64,000 nt of DNA from Phoronis australis (Eukaryota > Animalia > Phoronida). The notes beneath the pieces are model-generated. The model was not told where the DNA came from, did no database searches, and saw nothing but the letters and a program-made list of their open reading frames with translations. The stretch covers positions 558,001-622,000 of the forward strand of contig NMRA01000140.1 in the NCBI GenBank assembly GCA_002633005.1. The letters are read 5' to 3'. Positions within the stretch are counted from its first letter, which is position 1; each line of letters opens with the position of its first letter. The translations under genes and the position numbers were made by a program. This document shows, in pieces, positions 24,671-38,513 of this stretch.

Positions 24671-27600
24671 TTAACTTCTCAGTTCCATTGATATCCACTA
24701 CAAACAATGGCAACAACAGCAAATGTTTCAAAACAAACTTAAGTGTGCTACTTGTTGATGTATTCACAACAGAGATTTTTTGTGGCTTAAACGTGGGTCA
24801 AACTTTTTGCGATTGAATCAGTGACCTCTTTATGAAAGTGACTTGATGATATAGACATCACTTTTTTAATTCTGCACTTTAGAGTTTTTACAGTAATAAA
24901 AATAATTATCCTCAAAATCATCCTCACCATCGGTCATAATGCAATCCATTCCACACACTATTACATTTTTGTCACTAAAGTATCTTCCATTTTGAAACAT
25001 TTCCAGGATGTCAATTTAATCCTTCTTGAACATCCATGTTGACCTAAAGCTGGTCTGGATATGATTAAATGTTGTTATAAACAACTAGTCAAAAACATGT
25101 AAAATACAAAATGGTCAATTTTCTGTTCTATTCAGATATGTTTTTGTTATTAACCCCCTTTTGAGTTCATAGTGATATTTTTCGGAAAGAAGTATTGTCT
25201 TCAACCATACTGTCTTGTATTTAGTCAAAATTTGTAACCAACTTACCCAGATCAAAAAGAATATCTAGACATTGAAATTTCATGGCAGACCTCAAAAAGG
25301 CTTGAAAACTTGATATTAACAAAAATGGTTTCAACCACCCGGAAATAAGGTGTTCACTGCTGAATTCTGTAGATGATTTTAAAGAGGCACGGAACATGAA
25401 AATTTGTAAAAAATAGCTTTTAAACAAATAATTGTGAATCTACTTTTTGGGGATGCTAACAGGATAATAATTAACTTTGAATATTGCAAGAATTGCGGGA
25501 AAAATTTTTCAGATTCACTTTTTTGAAAAGCAAACGAAATATAAACTCTTTCATCCAAATATAGTTTCAAAGTCTCCACCCCTAATAATATCTATGCCTG
25601 ACTGCACTTATTCTTGTTTTAAATTATCATCTACTTTACATCAAAGGTGAAAGGTCACATTTTCCATGTAATAAAAGTGTGCTACGTCTATGTCCTGTCA
25701 TACCAATTTAGGAGGCGTGCTTTGTCGTGTGGGAGAAAAACCTAAGAAGTGACGAGCAACTGACGGATCATTTCTGAAATTCGAAACCAAAGCAAAAATG
25801 CTATTACCTCAGCAGAAATTCAAAATCTTCACAAACAAATGGTAAAAATACCTGGTAAACAGTTAGACTTCTATTTCAGTGGCAGAATAAGGCAATTTAG
25901 TCTCTTTTCATGTTGTATGCCATTAACATTGTGGAGTATTTTCAAACTCCCATTTACAGTGTTTTTAAATTATTTCCTTAGGCAAAAAACCCTTCTGATC
26001 AGTTAAAAACTGGCCATGAATTTCCCTCATTACTAAATTCTTTTTGTTTGTTTAGCTGTCAGAAACGAAATAAATTATTGGGAGACGTTTATGTTGACCA
26101 GAATGGTTTTAGTCTGGATGATTTATAAAAGAGAGCACAGTTCACAATTCATAACATCAGCTCAAGCTTACAGTGCGCCATGCAAAATTGTCGAGCTTAG
26201 ATTTTTTTAAATACAAAGAGGCTGCAAGCAAGGGTATCCCATCAAGATATGGTATAGTGTATGCCTAATTTATACACTGCTTTCTTGAAATATCTCAAGT
26301 AATTAGGAATCGTCAACCCATTAAAGTATATATTTTCTCAAACCACTGTAGAAGTTGAGACAGATCTATCAATGTTTTTGACAACACTGTGCCATTCTCG
26401 TCAAATGATCATGCGTTCTGAAGGTACATTGATAGGGAGAAAATCCTATCCCACCATTTATCAAATTTGTCGAAACTTGGATAAAATCAATGCACAAAAT
26501 CTTGGTCTGGGATTTTTCACAACTGATGTCGACAATTTATAATTGCACAAATAAGTTCTGTTATAAGTTCTGTTTTGCACCTTTCTAAGAATAATACGCC
26601 TCTTGATTTTACATAAAAGATAACCCTAACTAAAGCTCTAATGGAAATATGAGAAACTGTTTCCACATCAAGTAAAGACACTGTCAGTCAGAAAATCTGT
26701 GGACTATTTCTCGAGGTATCACATTTTGAAGTTTGGAATCATGCTCTAACAGCTATCGTTGAAAAATGGAATTTTGTTTGAAGAGTCCCACACTCACCAT
26801 TTTAAACTACTCTTTACGCTCGGGAGAGTCACTGCAATGTATTCAAGTTTCCTTCTTTAGTTTAGTTTTTTAAAATTAAAAGGACAGTGGAAAGAAGCAA
26901 TTGTTGTATTTTAACACTGAAACTTGAAGCGCGTCATCCAAAACCAATCGCACGATTCACAGTAGGTGGAGTTTAATTAAGGTCAGCAGGTCAACTACAA
27001 GTGAATCACAGACAATGACGAACTTATCACGGAATATACTGCATGAAAATACATACAGATATTCCACGAGAGTTGTGTGACGAAACATCAGAGCGTGGGT
27101 ATGATTAGACGTAGTTTTATGAAGTTTTGTTGGACTCGTGGTGGATTTTCCAATCCAGATGACCCCAACGCTTGGTCAGCGAACTTCAGATGCAAGCTTT
27201 CTGTCATTTCTGGCTCGAGTTTGCCTTCAACTGGAGCAGTAAACCAAGTCTCGACTAACACGGGAACTTCATCTTGCACACTGACAATCTTTTGTCACAC
27301 TCTAACTATGACGTGGTATAACAATGACTAAAAATGGTCATAACAGCAATATCCATACACATACACGCATATGTGAGTGCATAATGAATTATGATCAATT
27401 CATTTTGTTAACACAAAGAACTCAGTCTCCAAATATCTTGTTTGAAATTCTGCACACAGCATATTCCAGCCAAGGTAACAACAGGGAGGTATTCGTACCA
27501 GGTAACACCATACCAAACAATGAAATACATGGATTATATATAATAAAAAAATCTGTATTATGAATCGAAAATATCAGAAACATTTACGTATGTCGAGAAG

Positions 27601-28678
27601 AATCAACAAATTCACCAATTACTCGTGACATGTACAAAAGAAATACATGATCATGATCCAATGTACAGTTGGCAAAACAAACATCCAACCAGAATATGCC
27701 AGATCTTTCTCCAAATTCACGTCTGCTCAGACGGCTATCTGCCATCTGCTACACCAAGCCTAGGGTTGCAGTAGTTTGTTCTTGTCTCACCGCCAATAAC
27801 CATTCAAAATTTCAATCTCATCTTGCAACACCCTTTCTAATGCATGCAAGCATCTCAGCAACGAAACTTCCAACAAAATATAAACAACAAGCCTCAGAGT
27901 GTCTTCTTCAGGTCCGCATTTGAATGCTGAGAAAACGTCAAGTCCATTTCGCACTTCACGTCAGCCTCGGCGAGCTGGTCCCAATTTAGTCTCTCTCGAC
28001 ATTTCACCTCCAGCATTTTACTAGTACTGCCTCACTTCCTGTTATGTTAGCGTATCCTCGCTACGTATATATTCACCAACATCAGCCTGATGGAATACAA
28101 CTATTGTCATGGGGTCGGCGTGTCTACACTCTTGAGTTGACTTGGCAGCCGCCCCAAAACCCTGTAACACAAGACACCGGTAAAATTGTTTATACGAAGT
28201 TGGTCAAATTAAAAACTAAAGAAGACAGTGCAGGGTTCCTTGTGGGGAAAGCCTTCCACTTTGCCCGTTTTCCATAAGAAAGATGAAAAGAATGTTGAAC
28301 CTGAATGATAATCAATTGCCTTTAGGCAAGTTATGTATCCATTAAGTAGTTGATTGCGAAGCCTTTGATAGGCACGGTGAATTTGGTCTAGATGTTGAGG
28401 AGTCTCGGCTACCACGCAACACTTAAGACAACTGAGCAGGTCACGTGGCATGTGAGGTTTCAATGCCCAGCTAGATTGCAGCGTTCAGTAATAACCCGAA
28501 TCACTCGCTGGAAATAAAGCCTATCATAGCATAAGAGCCCCTAAGGACTTTTGGTTCAATTGAAATATTTGTTTTGTCTGCATATGGAGCAGTTCCTCCA
28601 CGCATGACTGCACCTTAAACACCCACTCCTTCATTGTGCTCTGCAGTATCCATAGGAGACAGGAATAAAGTGCTCTGC

Positions 28679-30538
28679 TACAAAACAATGTTTAGGTAGG
28701 TAACCACTTCTTGTAACAGGTGTTCAATGCCACAGTAATTCAATGGTGAAAAACTCCACACAAAAATTTAACAGGGTTTTCTGTAGATAAGCTTACGGGC
28801 ACATAAACGGAAAATGAAAAATTTTGAAAATTTTCACGCATTCCACTGATACAAAATAAACGCCTGGGTGTTTAGTCGAAGGGGGGGGGGGCGTGTAAAC
28901 GGAAAGTCATAGCCTCGGCTAATATGAAAATACCAGCCATTTTTGTGCAAAAAACTGTTTTTTAATTTTAAGTTAATATTAAATACATACTTCACCAACA
29001 CTTTGTTCGTTTATATAAATGATAAATACTCACAAAACTGAATTTGTGGCTAAAAGTTGATGCTAAGTGGCTTTTAAGAGGACATTTTCCACTATCTGGA
29101 CACTTGACAACAGAAGTTGCAAATAAATGCCCATGGGCATAATTTCCCAAATAAACGCGCACGGTCGTACCATTGGGTGGGCTTATCTACGCAAAATCCC
29201 CGTACATACAATCAGAGAGTAAGCTTTGTGACTTAGAGGAGCATGAAACAAGTCCAACAAGTAAACGAATTTTAGAGTTAGTAAAACAAACGCGATAAAA
29301 ATAATATGCAGGTCCATTACAGGATACATTAACCTACATTCTATTTCACACAAAAATTATTGTCAAAATATCAACTTTTACATAACATAGACCGCTAACG
29401 CTCCAATTTTTATTCCATAAATTTTTATTTTACGATAAATGCATAGTGTAAGCCATGTTGATAAGAAAAACATTTTTTTCACAACACTAACTTCTGTTGA
29501 GAAACTTGACACATTAAAATTTCACCAATACAACACTCTTGTGTGACAAACTGCAAAGCATTTATCATCGCATAAAACAAAATCAGGTGTTATACACATT
29601 AAGTATGAGCAATTAAAAAAAATTGAGACCTAGACATGCAATTTGGTATGCAAGCATTGTGTGTTATATATTGATGAAGCCGCACATACCAATGGGAGGT
29701 CACTCATAGAGTAGACAATAACACCCTGGTATTGCGTAGTGCCCTCAGTGATACGGCCCAAGCCCGACTTCATGACGTGGTGGCCATAGAGGAATTGTTG
29801 CTCAGCACTCGGCTTCAACCATACTTTATACTGAAAAAAATGAGCCATGTGGTCACATAGTTTCACACGTTACGTCACATTCACACACTTGTTCAATAGA
29901 GGAGTAATAGTTTTAACTTAAATTCACGTCAAAGTCCCAAGATGCAGGTAAGAAATGATGATGAACACGATTACTTTTTCATAATGAATTTCAGAAAATT
30001 TTCAAAGTTATGATTATTATAAATAAGTATGATTAATTTTATTCATATTAGAGCACAATACGGTGAAACATAATATCTGAACAACAAAATTTTCAATTAA
30101 CAGACGACTTTACTTAATTATTTGAACACTTTATACAGTGCCGCTATCATTAACAAACATGAATTTAGAACATTTTTGGCAATATAGTGAGCACTTCAAC
30201 ATGAAAAAGGAAAAATAGTTTTGCTCATTACTTTTGTTCAAATCATATGAAATTTTACTGTAAAGTCTATCGCTGCAATGGCATCACTGGCAAGCAAAAG
30301 TGGAAAACCAATAGCAAAGTCACGTTTCTCTACCTTGGCGTAAGGACTTAAGAAATCTAGAGCTGTGATGTGTAGACGGAACTTCCCAGATTTTGTGAAC
30401 TTTCCAAAACATGTTCCGAAGCTGAGGAGATTTTCACGTGACACATGGCAGGCTTTCTTCATCAAGTCCTCACTGAAAAGAAACGAGCAAACTGTTAATT
30501 TCAATAAGTACCGTGTTTTTCAAACATTCCTTGATGGC
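28679..30538 (+). repeat. Copy 1 of ~1.8 kb near-identical segment, ending exactly at the gap
   Basis: Collinear with 31496-33155 apart from substitutions and indels. Confidence 0.95.
28771..29204. mobile_element. Old MITE with imperfect terminal inverted repeats
   Basis: acagggttttctgtagataagc (left) versus gcttatctacgcaaaatccccgta (right); the right end is deleted in the second copy of the duplicated segment. Confidence 0.5.
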
Positions 30539-31495
30539 NNNNNNNNNNNNNNNNNNNNNNNNNNNNNNNNNNNNNNNNNNNNNNNNNNNNNNNNNNNNNN
30601 NNNNNNNNNNNNNNNNNNNNNNNNNNNNNNNNNNNNNNNNNNNNNNNNNNNNNNNNNNNNNNNNNNNNNNNNNNNNNNNNNNNNNNNNNNNNNNNNNNNN
30701 NNNNNNNNNNNNNNNNNNNNNNNNNNNNNNNNNNNNNNNNNNNNNNNNNNNNNNNNNNNNNNNNNNNNNNNNNNNNNNNNNNNNNNNNNNNNNNNNNNNN
30801 NNNNNNNNNNNNNNNNNNNNNNNNNNNNNNNNNNNNNNNNNNNNNNNNNNNNNNNNNNNNNNNNNNNNNNNNNNNNNNNNNNNNNNNNNNNNNNNNNNNN
30901 NNNNNNNNNNNNNNNNNNNNNNNNNNNNNNNNNNNNNNNNNNNNNNNNNNNNNNNNNNNNNNNNNNNNNNNNNNNNNNNNNNNNNNNNNNNNNNNNNNNN
31001 NNNNNNNNNNNNNNNNNNNNNNNNNNNNNNNNNNNNNNNNNNNNNNNNNNNNNNNNNNNNNNNNNNNNNNNNNNNNNNNNNNNNNNNNNNNNNNNNNNNN
31101 NNNNNNNNNNNNNNNNNNNNNNNNNNNNNNNNNNNNNNNNNNNNNNNNNNNNNNNNNNNNNNNNNNNNNNNNNNNNNNNNNNNNNNNNNNNNNNNNNNNN
31201 NNNNNNNNNNNNNNNNNNNNNNNNNNNNNNNNNNNNNNNNNNNNNNNNNNNNNNNNNNNNNNNNNNNNNNNNNNNNNNNNNNNNNNNNNNNNNNNNNNNN
31301 NNNNNNNNNNNNNNNNNNNNNNNNNNNNNNNNNNNNNNNNNNNNNNNNNNNNNNNNNNNNNNNNNNNNNNNNNNNNNNNNNNNNNNNNNNNNNNNNNNNN
31401 NNNNNNNNNNNNNNNNNNNNNNNNNNNNNNNNNNNNNNNNNNNNNNNNNNNNNNNNNNNNNNNNNNNNNNNNNNNNNNNNNNNNNNNNNNNNNNN
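30539..31495. other. Assembly gap (957 N)
   Basis: Run of n. Confidence 1.
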
Positions 31496-33155
31496 TACAA
31501 AACAATGTTTAGGTAGGTAACCACTTCTTGTAACAGGTGTTCAATGCCACAGTAATTCAATGGTGAAAAACTCCACACAAAAATTTAACAGGGTTTTCTG
31601 TAGATAAGCTTACGGGCACATATACGGAAAATGAAAAATTTTGAAAATTTTCACGCATTCCACTGATACAAAATAAACGCCTGGGTGTTTAGTCGAAGGG
31701 GGGGGGGCGTGTAAACGGAAAGTCATAGCCTCGGCTGATATGAAAATACCAGCCATTTTTGTGCTAAAACCTCTGTTTTTTAATTTTAAGTTAATAAATA
31801 CATACTGCACCAACACTTTGTTCGTTTATATAAATGATAAATGCTCACAAAACTGAATTTGTGGCTAAAAGTTGATGCTAAGTGGGCTTTTATGAGGACA
31901 TTTCCGAATACAGGCTACATTCTATTTCACACAAAAATTATTGTCAAAATATCAACTTTTCCATAACACAGACCGCTAATGCTCCAATTTTTATTCCATA
32001 AATTTATATTTTACGATAAATGCATAGTGTAAGCCATGTTGATAAGAAAAACAAATTTTTCACAACACTAACTTTTGTTGAGAAACTTGGCGTACTAAAA
32101 TTTCGCCCATACAACACTCTTGTGTGATAAACTGCAAGCATTTATCATACTCATTGCATAAAATAAAATAAAATCAGGCGTAACAATACCTTATACACAT
32201 TAAGTATGAGCAATTCAAAACAAAAAAAACCTGAGACCTAGACATGCAATTTGGTATGCAAGCATTGTGTGTTTTATATTGATGAAGCCGCACATACCAA
32301 TGGAAGGTCACTCATAGAGTAGACAATAACACCCTGGTATTGCGTAGTGCCCTCAGTGATACGGCCCAAGCCAGACTTCATGACGTGGTGGCCATAGAGG
32401 AATTGTTGCTCAGCACTCGGCTTCAACCACACTTTATACTGGAAAAAATGAGCATTGTGGTCACATAGTTTCACATGTTACGTCACATTCACACACTTCT
32501 TCAATAGACGAACAATAGCTTAACTTAAATTCACGTCAAAGTCCCAAGATGCAGGTAAGAAATGATGATGGAACACGATTACTTTTTCATAATGAATTTC
32601 AGAAAATTTTCAAAGTTAAGATTATTATAAATAAGTATGATAAATTTTACTCATATTAGAGCACAATACGGTGAAACATAAAATCTGAACAACACAATTT
32701 TCAAACTGACGACTTTACTTAATTATTTGAAAACTTTATGCAGTGCCGCTGTCATTAACAAACACGAATTTAGAACATTTTTGGCAATATAGCAAGCACT
32801 TCAACATGAAAAAGGAAAAATACAGTTTTGCTCATTACTTTTGTTCAAATTATATGAAATTTTACTGTAAAGTCTATCACTGCAATGGCATCACTGGCAA
32901 GCAAAAGTGGAAAACCAATAGCAAACAAAGATAAGCCACGTTTCTCTACCTTGGCGTAAGGACTTAAGAAATCTAGAGCTGTGATGTGTAGACGGAACTT
33001 CCCTGATTTTGTGAACTTTCCAAAACATGTTCCGAAGCTCAGGAGATTTTCACGTGACACGTGGCAGGCTTTCTTCATCAAGTCCTCACTAAAAAGAAAC
33101 GAGCAAACTGTTAATTTCAATAACTACCGTGTTTTTCAAAACATTCCTTGATGGC
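31496..33155 (+). repeat. Copy 2 of the duplicated segment, starting exactly at the gap
   Basis: Begins tacaaaacaatgtttaggtagg as at 28679 and matches through ...cattccttgatggc; lacks ~230 bp present in copy 1. Confidence 0.95.
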
Positions 33156-35064
33156 AACTATGGTACAGAACATGAAAGTAGCAAAGCATTTATTTTGTGC
33201 TGCATTAACTAATTTATGCAAAAAAATGATACAGAAGTAAAACTTCAATAGTCTCTCTCAATGTCCTAAGGTGTTAAAACTTTCTACATCACATGTATGT
33301 TATGTAAAAAGTTTTCTTTACACAAAAGCATCTTACTCGACTGCTTTGATGCATAAATACTCGAGAAGGCACCAAAATCTAAAATTTAGTACATTTCCCA
33401 CAATTCCATACTACTAGCAATACGAGCCGCACCTGACATAGTAAACTCTGTCGTTCTGTAACCGGAAGCAGTATGTCCCATCTGGCCTGTCAATCAGCAA
33501 CTTGATGTTTTCACCAATACTGTGAAGGCAGGAAATGTTGTCATAACCCACAATAATCAAATCTCAACCAGCCATGGTCAGCTCAATGTTAGAAACTACA
33601 TGAAAAGGAATATGCAAAATTTGACAAACAATTTTTGTCTGAAACTGAAAAAAAATTACGGCAGCAGACAAGGTCCCTCAGACAGGTTGAGCAAGATAAA
33701 GAACACCAACTACTAGACAGATAACTTCGGATCCATTTCAATGAATATTCCATCAATTAGCAAAAAACAACCAAAAAGGAATTACAATAAAAGGAAAAAT
33801 TAGCGTTAAAATGACTTTATACAAATATGCATCGCACCTAAGGGCAATGTCAGATTTATTTGAACAAATAGAGAATCATGCTTTTTATGGCCTCATAAAA
33901 CCAGACATGCTCGAGGGGTTGATCTGTATGCATTTCATTAAACGACAACTCATGCCTCTTTCCTCTCATTTCAGATCTACTAGACTGGCATATTTTTCCT
34001 ACTTTGATGAAGTTCTGCTGCCTGCTTGCTAACTTTGTTCAAAACTTGAGAATCATGGAATCTGCAGCAAGTGGTCAGGCCACGTATAGTGACATCTGTG
34101 TGAGGGTTTTATGATAAGTGGCATTCAGTGGCCACGCAGAAGTGATCACAGTTTTAGCAAATCAAAGGCCAATCAGAAGTCTTATAACAAATTGAATATA
34201 ACAACTAAGAATTTAAGCACTTACTATTTTGACAACTTCTCAAAAAATGTTTCCGTTTCTTCATCAGTTAAAGGCCGCATTCTGTAGTATGCTGTAAAAA
34301 AAGAGTCCCTATTAACACTAACTTCAGGCTACGACTTAAGCCACAGGGTAATTCTTCAACATTTCACACACAAAAATAATTATTTACATATATTCATTCA
34401 TAGACTTAGTACTACAACTGTGCTTGATGACAGCTAAACAGGAAACCTATGATACTACATATTTCTTAATGTTTATTTTGCCAAGATACTTAATAAAAAC
34501 ACAACTGCACGTATCCACCAAATTATGAGTGAAAAGGTGAAGAATTACCCATGTATTTCTACATTAGAATGTCTTCACTACAGTACACGTCAAAAGTACT
34601 CTCACAAGGCTTTCCGTTACGACTTCTGGGCAGAAGTCGAATTCACCCTCAGACTAGGCTTCCTCTATGACCGAAAATGAAGGGGAATTAAGAGGGAAGT
34701 AGGGTGGCTAAACCACTCTGGAATGAATTTTGCTGCCCTAACAGTTATTATCAGTTTTACTGTTAGCAAAATTAGCCTTCTGGAGTGGGGAAAACAGTAT
34801 AAATTTGTCCGACCACTTTTGTCTTGTACTGTAATGTTAAGAAAGGTAAGCTAATAACACTAACATAATTCACCCGTAAAACTGTCAAGAGCCAACATTT
34901 TAAAACAAATACTGGAACTGTATAGTCAGTGAGGTATGCAAGCATCTTGTATTGTGATAATGATTGTTTTAGAAGAAGTGTGAAGGAAGCTTTACGCAAG
35001 TGCATAGAATAGTTGTCATTGAATATATGGTATAGACTCCTTGCTGATTTGTTGCATCATCCAA

Positions 35065-35082
35065 GACGCCATCTATTGGCCA
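35065..35082 (-). promoter_or_regulatory. CTCF-like motif
   Basis: Reverse complement TGGCCAATAGATGGCGTC; motif match only. Confidence 0.4.
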
Positions 35083-35668
35083 GTGAAAGACAACAGTTCA
35101 AGCATTTGCTTTATTTTCTTTCAAGGTAAAGAAAAGTCTAACCAAAAACAAAATCATAATGTACAACATCCTCCAAGGTCATAAACGTAGCAGGACCTTG
35201 AGTAATGAACCATTTTGTATTTCATTAAGTGTGGAGTTGTTACATCCAGAAGAATCTTCTAAACAGTAAACACCAATGCTTATAATTCTCTACATTTATT
35301 TTACGGAAAAGAAAAGCTACAGTACAATGCGAGTGGTAACTTCACCTTGTGCCATAAAAAGAGAAAAAGCTGCACAGACAATTCTTGCAGAGTGAGAAGT
35401 GAAGACATAACATTAAGACTTCGGTATTAGGGGAATCATTTCAACATCAGAGTACTTTGATGAACATCTGCTTGGTTAGACAACACAACAACATGACAAA
35501 CTCTAAGGGCATACTGAATTTCTCTGCAGGAAGAAAGAAGACCACGGTCCGTAGATGGACAGACTTCCAACCTTAATTTTACATAGGAGGCTACTGATTC
35601 ACTTGTAAATGAAAGACCTTCAACCAATCAATCTTTAAACATGTCAATCTTAGATCTTGAATGTTAAC

Positions 35669-36252
35669 TGTTAGGGATGATCTTGATTTAGGTGAGTTTT
35701 TCTGACTGCCACTAGGGGCGCTGTGTTTTTATCTCTTCTGACCATGTGATTGGATTAGGGTATTTTGTCCGCATCTTTTAACACGGACAGAAATACCGTG
35801 CTGTTTACCAGATATGCTGTGTAAGTTCTTTACAACTTGTATCTATATGTGTGCAACTGAGCTGCTAAATATAAACAAAGATACTATGATGTAAATATAT
35901 TGTTGCTAACTTTGTAGTTTTGACATTTGTTACTAGTGATTTGTTAGCCAGTCTTCGTCATGTTTTGCAAGTCACATCTCATTTAATGGGCATGGCCACT
36001 TCGACCATTTTTGTGACCTTGAGAGTTGTATTTTGTTAAGTCAAGTAATTTATTTTAAGCTGTGTCTCACATGTCATGTGTTACTGTGGGCATTATTACG
36101 CTGCATTGTTTCCTTTTTAGGTGCTGAGTCCACTGAGCTTTGTATGAAATTCATTTGACTGTTTGCATCTGTGTCTATGGGCCATAATTGGGCCACGGAG
36201 CAAAAAAAACAGATCACAATTGCTGGACTATTTTTTCATTATCTCTGTAACA
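35669..36252. mobile_element. Solo LTR (584 bp) with 5-bp target-site duplication
   Basis: Starts TGTTA, ends TAACA, flanked on both sides by TTAAC (35664-35668 and 36253-36257); no coding content. Confidence 0.75.
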
Positions 36253-38513
36253 TTAACATCTCTGAAATCTAAATTTCAGGAGTTTGTTTCAATAGAAAAG
36301 GAGATGGCACCACCAGTCTTCTGCCAAGCCCTGCCTGGTGTCTCCATTTCAAGTGTCAATACGCTTACAGATCTAAAAGCATGAGGATGGACCATCTTTA
36401 GGAGACCAGAAAATGATAGATGTGGTTGGCAGCACGACGCCAGGTCAACGTGAGGTAGAGCACATCTGCAGCAAGATCAGTGTATATCTTTGCGCTCTTG
36501 AACGACTTGGGAAAAGGAGATATGAACCTCACTGTAGTGGATCCCAAATGGCTGTTTGGATGTAGGCTACATCGTCACTTCAAGAGTGCTGATGAATGTG
36601 AGGAACACTGGTACTTTAGTAATTCAGACATGTGGAAATGTTTTAGTGTCCTATCTACCTAGATGTTCAGAACTTGTGGAAGTTTCAAAGCCCTATGCGA
36701 TTCTGGTTTACAGACACGTCTTATTGAGTAGCCTAGCTGTGAAACACGTGTGTGGTTCTTGAAAGCATGATCGACAGCTCAGAGGAAAGAACTTGTGTCT
36801 ATGGAGCCAAAGGAAGTTGTTAAAGACCATCAATACAGACAATTGCCTACAGTTTATGAAAGAACTGTTATGATGACTCGAGCACGTCATGAATAATAAA
36901 TCAACACAAGAAGTGCACTACATTGGGGGCCAGTTTTTAAAAAAAATTAAGCATGTCACTCCTAGAAAGGGTTGAAATGGAGTCTGAACTCGCTATGATT
37001 AAGATTTAGTACGATATATTCCTTGACAATACCCAGTTTAGATCATTTATGGTTCTATTTACAACAAAAACATTGTTGTTGTATATTATCCTGCTCCATA
37101 TGAAGACAATAGATTTCCTATAGTCTAAACATATACTGGACACAGGGTGACAGTAAAAAAGTGCAGGTGGCTTGATGCCTTTTGCGGTACATCAGGCGTG
37201 TTTAGGCCACAAGGCCGGGCCCATTGCACTAATCACCTGATTATGACAGTACATCCCAATATTTACTGTTATTTGTTAATCTCCCTGCATATAATGTTAT
37301 TGGGTTGCGGGCAGTAATTGGATTACTTCCTGTTCAATTTCTTAAGATAACTAAAGAGTCAGTTATCTTAAATAAGGAAATTGCAAGAGCTTCTGTTATT
37401 CATCGGATTGCTCCACACCAGCTTCATGGAAACGTTTACGAAGTTTTGATCAGCGTCTTCAATTATTAATCGTGCTTCAAGATACACAGAAACAACAATT
37501 TCAAATTGGTTCACTTTCTTACGGCTGACCCATCTGATGCCTGAAATGTAGCACATGTCAATTAGCTGTCAAAAACAATCGCTTCAATGCTACGATTCGT
37601 TGAAAAATGCAATATAATCTGCCAGTCAGGGCTTGCACAGTACAGTAAAAACCACAAAGGTAGCTAATGACATCCCAAATCCAAAGCAGAAGCATGTCAA
37701 GTAGAACACTCACTGGATTTTCTCTCTTTGCCGACGGCATGCTTTTTATCATGTTCGACAAAGGATTACTATGGGAGGGAATGTGACTCTGCATTTTACT
37801 AATTATGATGGTTAATGTTATCAACTTAGAACAGCACCAAAATTTATTGTGTACCTGTTGGGATGTGATGGTAAAAGCTGCAGGAGTTGAGGACCTATGT
37901 GAGAGACAACCTTGTATTCACCTGTGTTGTGGTGGCAAAGGTAGTGTACTAAATGTCAACGTCCATCTCGGCTTGTGGGGTATCCATTTTGTTCACCCAT
38001 TTGGCCAGCAAGATGATGGGAAAAGTTCTTCTCCAGGTCGAAAGTCATTGTAGTTATTGTGTTTGCCTCCCATCTCCCAAACCCCAGTTGCCATTAAATT
38101 TGTATTTGGCCCCTTCTGTTGCAAACTTCAGGGTACGCCAATGGCAATGATCCGTAAAAATTCCGAGGTTCAATCACCGCCGCACGTAGATCACATGCTT
38201 CCAAGTTCTACTTACCATAGACTGAGGGGGTGGTATTCAGTGTATTTGCATGATTTTGCCCATCAGACATTCGTACCCCCAACTGCCTAAAGGAATCGGG
38301 GAGAATTTTAGGGGGGCCATGGCCCCTTGGCCCTTCTAAATCGATCCACCAGGTAATTTAGTTGTAACTGATAGGATCAGAAACTAAAGTTCCCACAGTT
38401 AAAAACCAAATAAAACTATGACCAAAGCATGGAGAGTGTAAGACATAGGATACTCATACAGCAACTAATGATACATTATTACAATTTGCCATTGCTACAC
38501 ACATGTTGGCAAG

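Noticed and set aside
7600-27000. Numerous 60-90 aa ORFs in the supplied track
   Set aside because: AT-rich intronic or intergenic chance ORFs lacking motifs and splice support (except 16553-16669).
27077-28060. Further upstream anoctamin exons (ORF 27088-27279; short ORF near 27900-28015)
   Set aside because: Both end in stop codons without a phase-0 donor and show no homology; they might be UTR or promoter sequence, but this is unsupported.
30365-31578. Four long ORFs of 334-383 aa
   Set aside because: They are open only because they span the N gap.
29630-33120. Paired near-identical ORFs (29630/32274, 30238/32845) suggesting conserved small genes
   Set aside because: Similarity comes from the gap-flanking duplication; non-ATG starts and no motifs.
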